Source of the DNA: Hyphomicrobiales bacterium
GTDB lineage: Bacteria; Pseudomonadota; Alphaproteobacteria; Rhizobiales; CAJQND01
Assembly (NCBI GenBank): GCA_051010055.1
Contig: JBPCVY010000124.1
Span: 1 to 52,192, forward strand
Direction of reading: 5' to 3'
Length of the DNA: 52,192 nt
How positions within the stretch are numbered: position 1 is the stretch's first letter; every line of letters starts with the position of its first letter. The notes beneath the pieces are model-generated. The model worked only from the letters and a program-made list of their open reading frames with translations, ran no database searches and was not told the origin of the DNA. This document shows positions 50,628 through 52,192 of this stretch, piece by piece. Position numbers and translations under genes: made by a program.

Positions 50628-51248
50628 CTATATTCCGATTTCGCCCGCCCGCGCCATGGGCCAGAACCGCCCGGAACTCCACACACCGAACCATTCTTCA
50701 CCCTCATGGTGCTTTTTCATCCCGAGATTGACCAAATCGTAAAAAATCGGGCGGTTTACCAGCGCTTCCAGCCGCCCGCGCAACAGGACATAGGGCTTAA
50801 GGCCTTCGGTGCCTTGTTCTTCCTCAAAACGAATCGGGTGTTCATCGTCGATGATCACATCATCGGCGGTTTTGGTGGTGAATTTTACGGTTTGGTCTTC
50901 ACCTTTTCCCGTAGCTTCCATATGCACAATCAAAAACGGCGCATCATCCACGGAAATGCCGATTTTCTCCACCGGGGTGACAAGATAAATCTTGCCGTCC
51001 TCATCTTTGCGCAAAATAGATGAAAACAGCCGCACAAGCGGCTCGCGGCCAATAGGTGTGCCCATGTAGTACCACAGGCCATCAGCACCTATGCGTATGT
51101 CAATTTCGCCGCAAAATGGCGGATTCCACAGGTGAACGGGCGGCAGGCCCTTGGATTTTGAAACCGCCTTTTCCAGCGCCGCCAACCCGGCTGCGGGATC
51201 GGCCGTATCTGCGTCAATCGTGGTTAAATCGTCGTGATTCATCTGCAT
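50628..51248 (-). CDS. DUF1285-family protein
   Basis: PPVHLWNPPFCG, LVTPVEK, KPYV..RGRLEAL; start uncertain (51248 or 51272). Confidence 0.88.
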   Translation of the reverse strand: MQMNHDDLTTIDADTADPAAGLAALEKAVSKSKGLPPVHLWNPPFCGEIDIRIGADGLWYYMGTPIGREPLVRLFSSILRKDEDGKIYLVTPVEKIGISVDDAPFLIVHMEATGKGEDQTVKFTTKTADDVIIDDEHPIRFEEEQGTEGLKPYVLLRGRLEALVNRPIFYDLVNLGMKKHHEGEEWFGVWSSGRFWPMARAGEIGI

Positions 51249-51411
51249 TCCAAACTTTTCTGGTCCGATCACTTTATCATGACCTAAATCTCACTATGCC
51301 TCATATCAGTCACGATTGCGGTGAAAAATGCCAACATCACTCAAGCTTTTGTGAGAGAGTGGGTAACGCAAACTCTTCTTATTCAACTTTGTTCTAACTA
51401 TAGTGAGTCTC

Positions 51412-52192
51412 ATGCAGACCATCAATGAAGCGGCTCGTCCAGAAGACGAAGAAATCGTCAAGACGATTGAAGAAACCGGCGCCAAGCTGTCCGCAGTTCG
51501 GGACGCCATCGGCAACATCATTTTTGGCCAGCAGGAGGTTGTTGATCTCGCATTGACCGCCATCCTGAGTGGCGGACACGCCCTGCTTGTTGGCCTGCCC
51601 GGCCTTGCAAAAACCCGGCTGGTGGAAACGTTCGGCCTTGTCCTGGGGCTGGATGAACGGCGCATCCAGTTCACGCCCGATCTGATGCCGGCAGATATTG
51701 TCGGTTCAGAAGTGCTTGAGGAAATGACCGACGGCAAGCGCTCGTTCAGGTTCATCAAGGGCCCGGTTTTCTCCCAGCTCCTGATGGCAGATGAAATCAA
51801 CCGCGCCAGCCCGCGCACCCAGTCCGCTCTGTTGCAGGCCATGCAGGAGCATCATGTGACCGTTGCCGGCCAGCGCTACGATTTGCCGAAGCCTTTCCAT
51901 GTGCTGGCAACCCAGAACCCGCTGGAGCAGGAAGGCACCTATCCGCTGCCGGAAGCGCAGCTGGACAGGTTCGTGCTTCAAATTGATGTACCCTATCCAG
52001 ACTTTGATGCAGAACGCAAAATGCTGTTCGCCACAACCGGCACACTGGATGAGGTACCAAAACAGGCTATGACCGCCACGGAGTTGATCGCGGCGCAAGT
52101 TCTTATCCGCCAGATACCGGTTGGCGAAAAGGTAGTCGATGCGGTTCTAAAGCTTGTGCGCTCGGCAAGACCAACCGCCGAGGCAAGTGAAT
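51412..52192 (+). CDS. MoxR-family AAA+ ATPase (3'-truncated; absent from the supplied ORF track)
   Basis: Manual translation from ATG 51412: GLPGLAKT, RIQFTPDLMPAD, ADEINRASPRTQSALL, ATQNPLEQEGTYPLPEAQLDRF. Confidence 0.95.
   Translation, partial: MQTINEAARPEDEEIVKTIEETGAKLSAVRDAIGNIIFGQQEVVDLALTAILSGGHALLVGLPGLAKTRLVETFGLVLGLDERRIQFTPDLMPADIVGSEVLEEMTDGKRSFRFIKGPVFSQLLMADEINRASPRTQSALLQAMQEHHVTVAGQRYDLPKPFHVLATQNPLEQEGTYPLPEAQLDRFVLQIDVPYPDFDAERKMLFATTGTLDEVPKQAMTATELIAAQVLIRQIPVGEKVVDAVLKLVRSARPTAEASE

Noticed and set aside
51398-51409. ctatagtgagtc, the reverse complement of the 3' 12 bp of the T7 promoter (possible vector contamination)
   Set aside because: Only 12 of 18 bp match, the TAATAC part is absent, and it sits in a normal DUF1285/MoxR divergent spacer; chance match.
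1-52192. Prophage, IS, integron, CRISPR or defence system
   Set aside because: No integrase, transposase, phage, Cas or recognisable defence genes, and no repeat-spacer arrays were seen.

Overview
This 52-kb window is gene-dense chromosomal backbone from an alphaproteobacterium; gene content and order resemble Hyphomicrobiales/Rhizobiales. It runs from a 5'-truncated uvrB to a 3'-truncated MoxR ATPase. Recognisable genes include gltS, sat-cysC, hemF, trmL, petABC, mtnP, apt, ychF-pth-rplY-prs, pgeF, lgt, proC, csaA, a MarR/OmpR/EnvZ-like trio, ilvE, moaD-pgsA-uvrC-folB, a CoxL/XdhA-like subunit and cca. I saw no tRNA, rRNA, CRISPR, integrase or transposase. The most striking unexplained signal is a non-coding element of about 280 nt between lgt and ubiK (32964-33241). 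Folded by hand, it forms a symmetric four-way junction with two 97-nt arms and strongly +strand-biased G-U pairs. Two other notable items are a frameshifted RNase T2 gene that a single 7-bp repeat unit would repair, and putative glycan-tailoring genes (2 FkbM, a 2OG-Fe(II) oxygenase, TylF, Sat/CysC) interleaved with trmL-hemF. All calls come from motif recognition and manual inspection; no database searches or folding programs were run.
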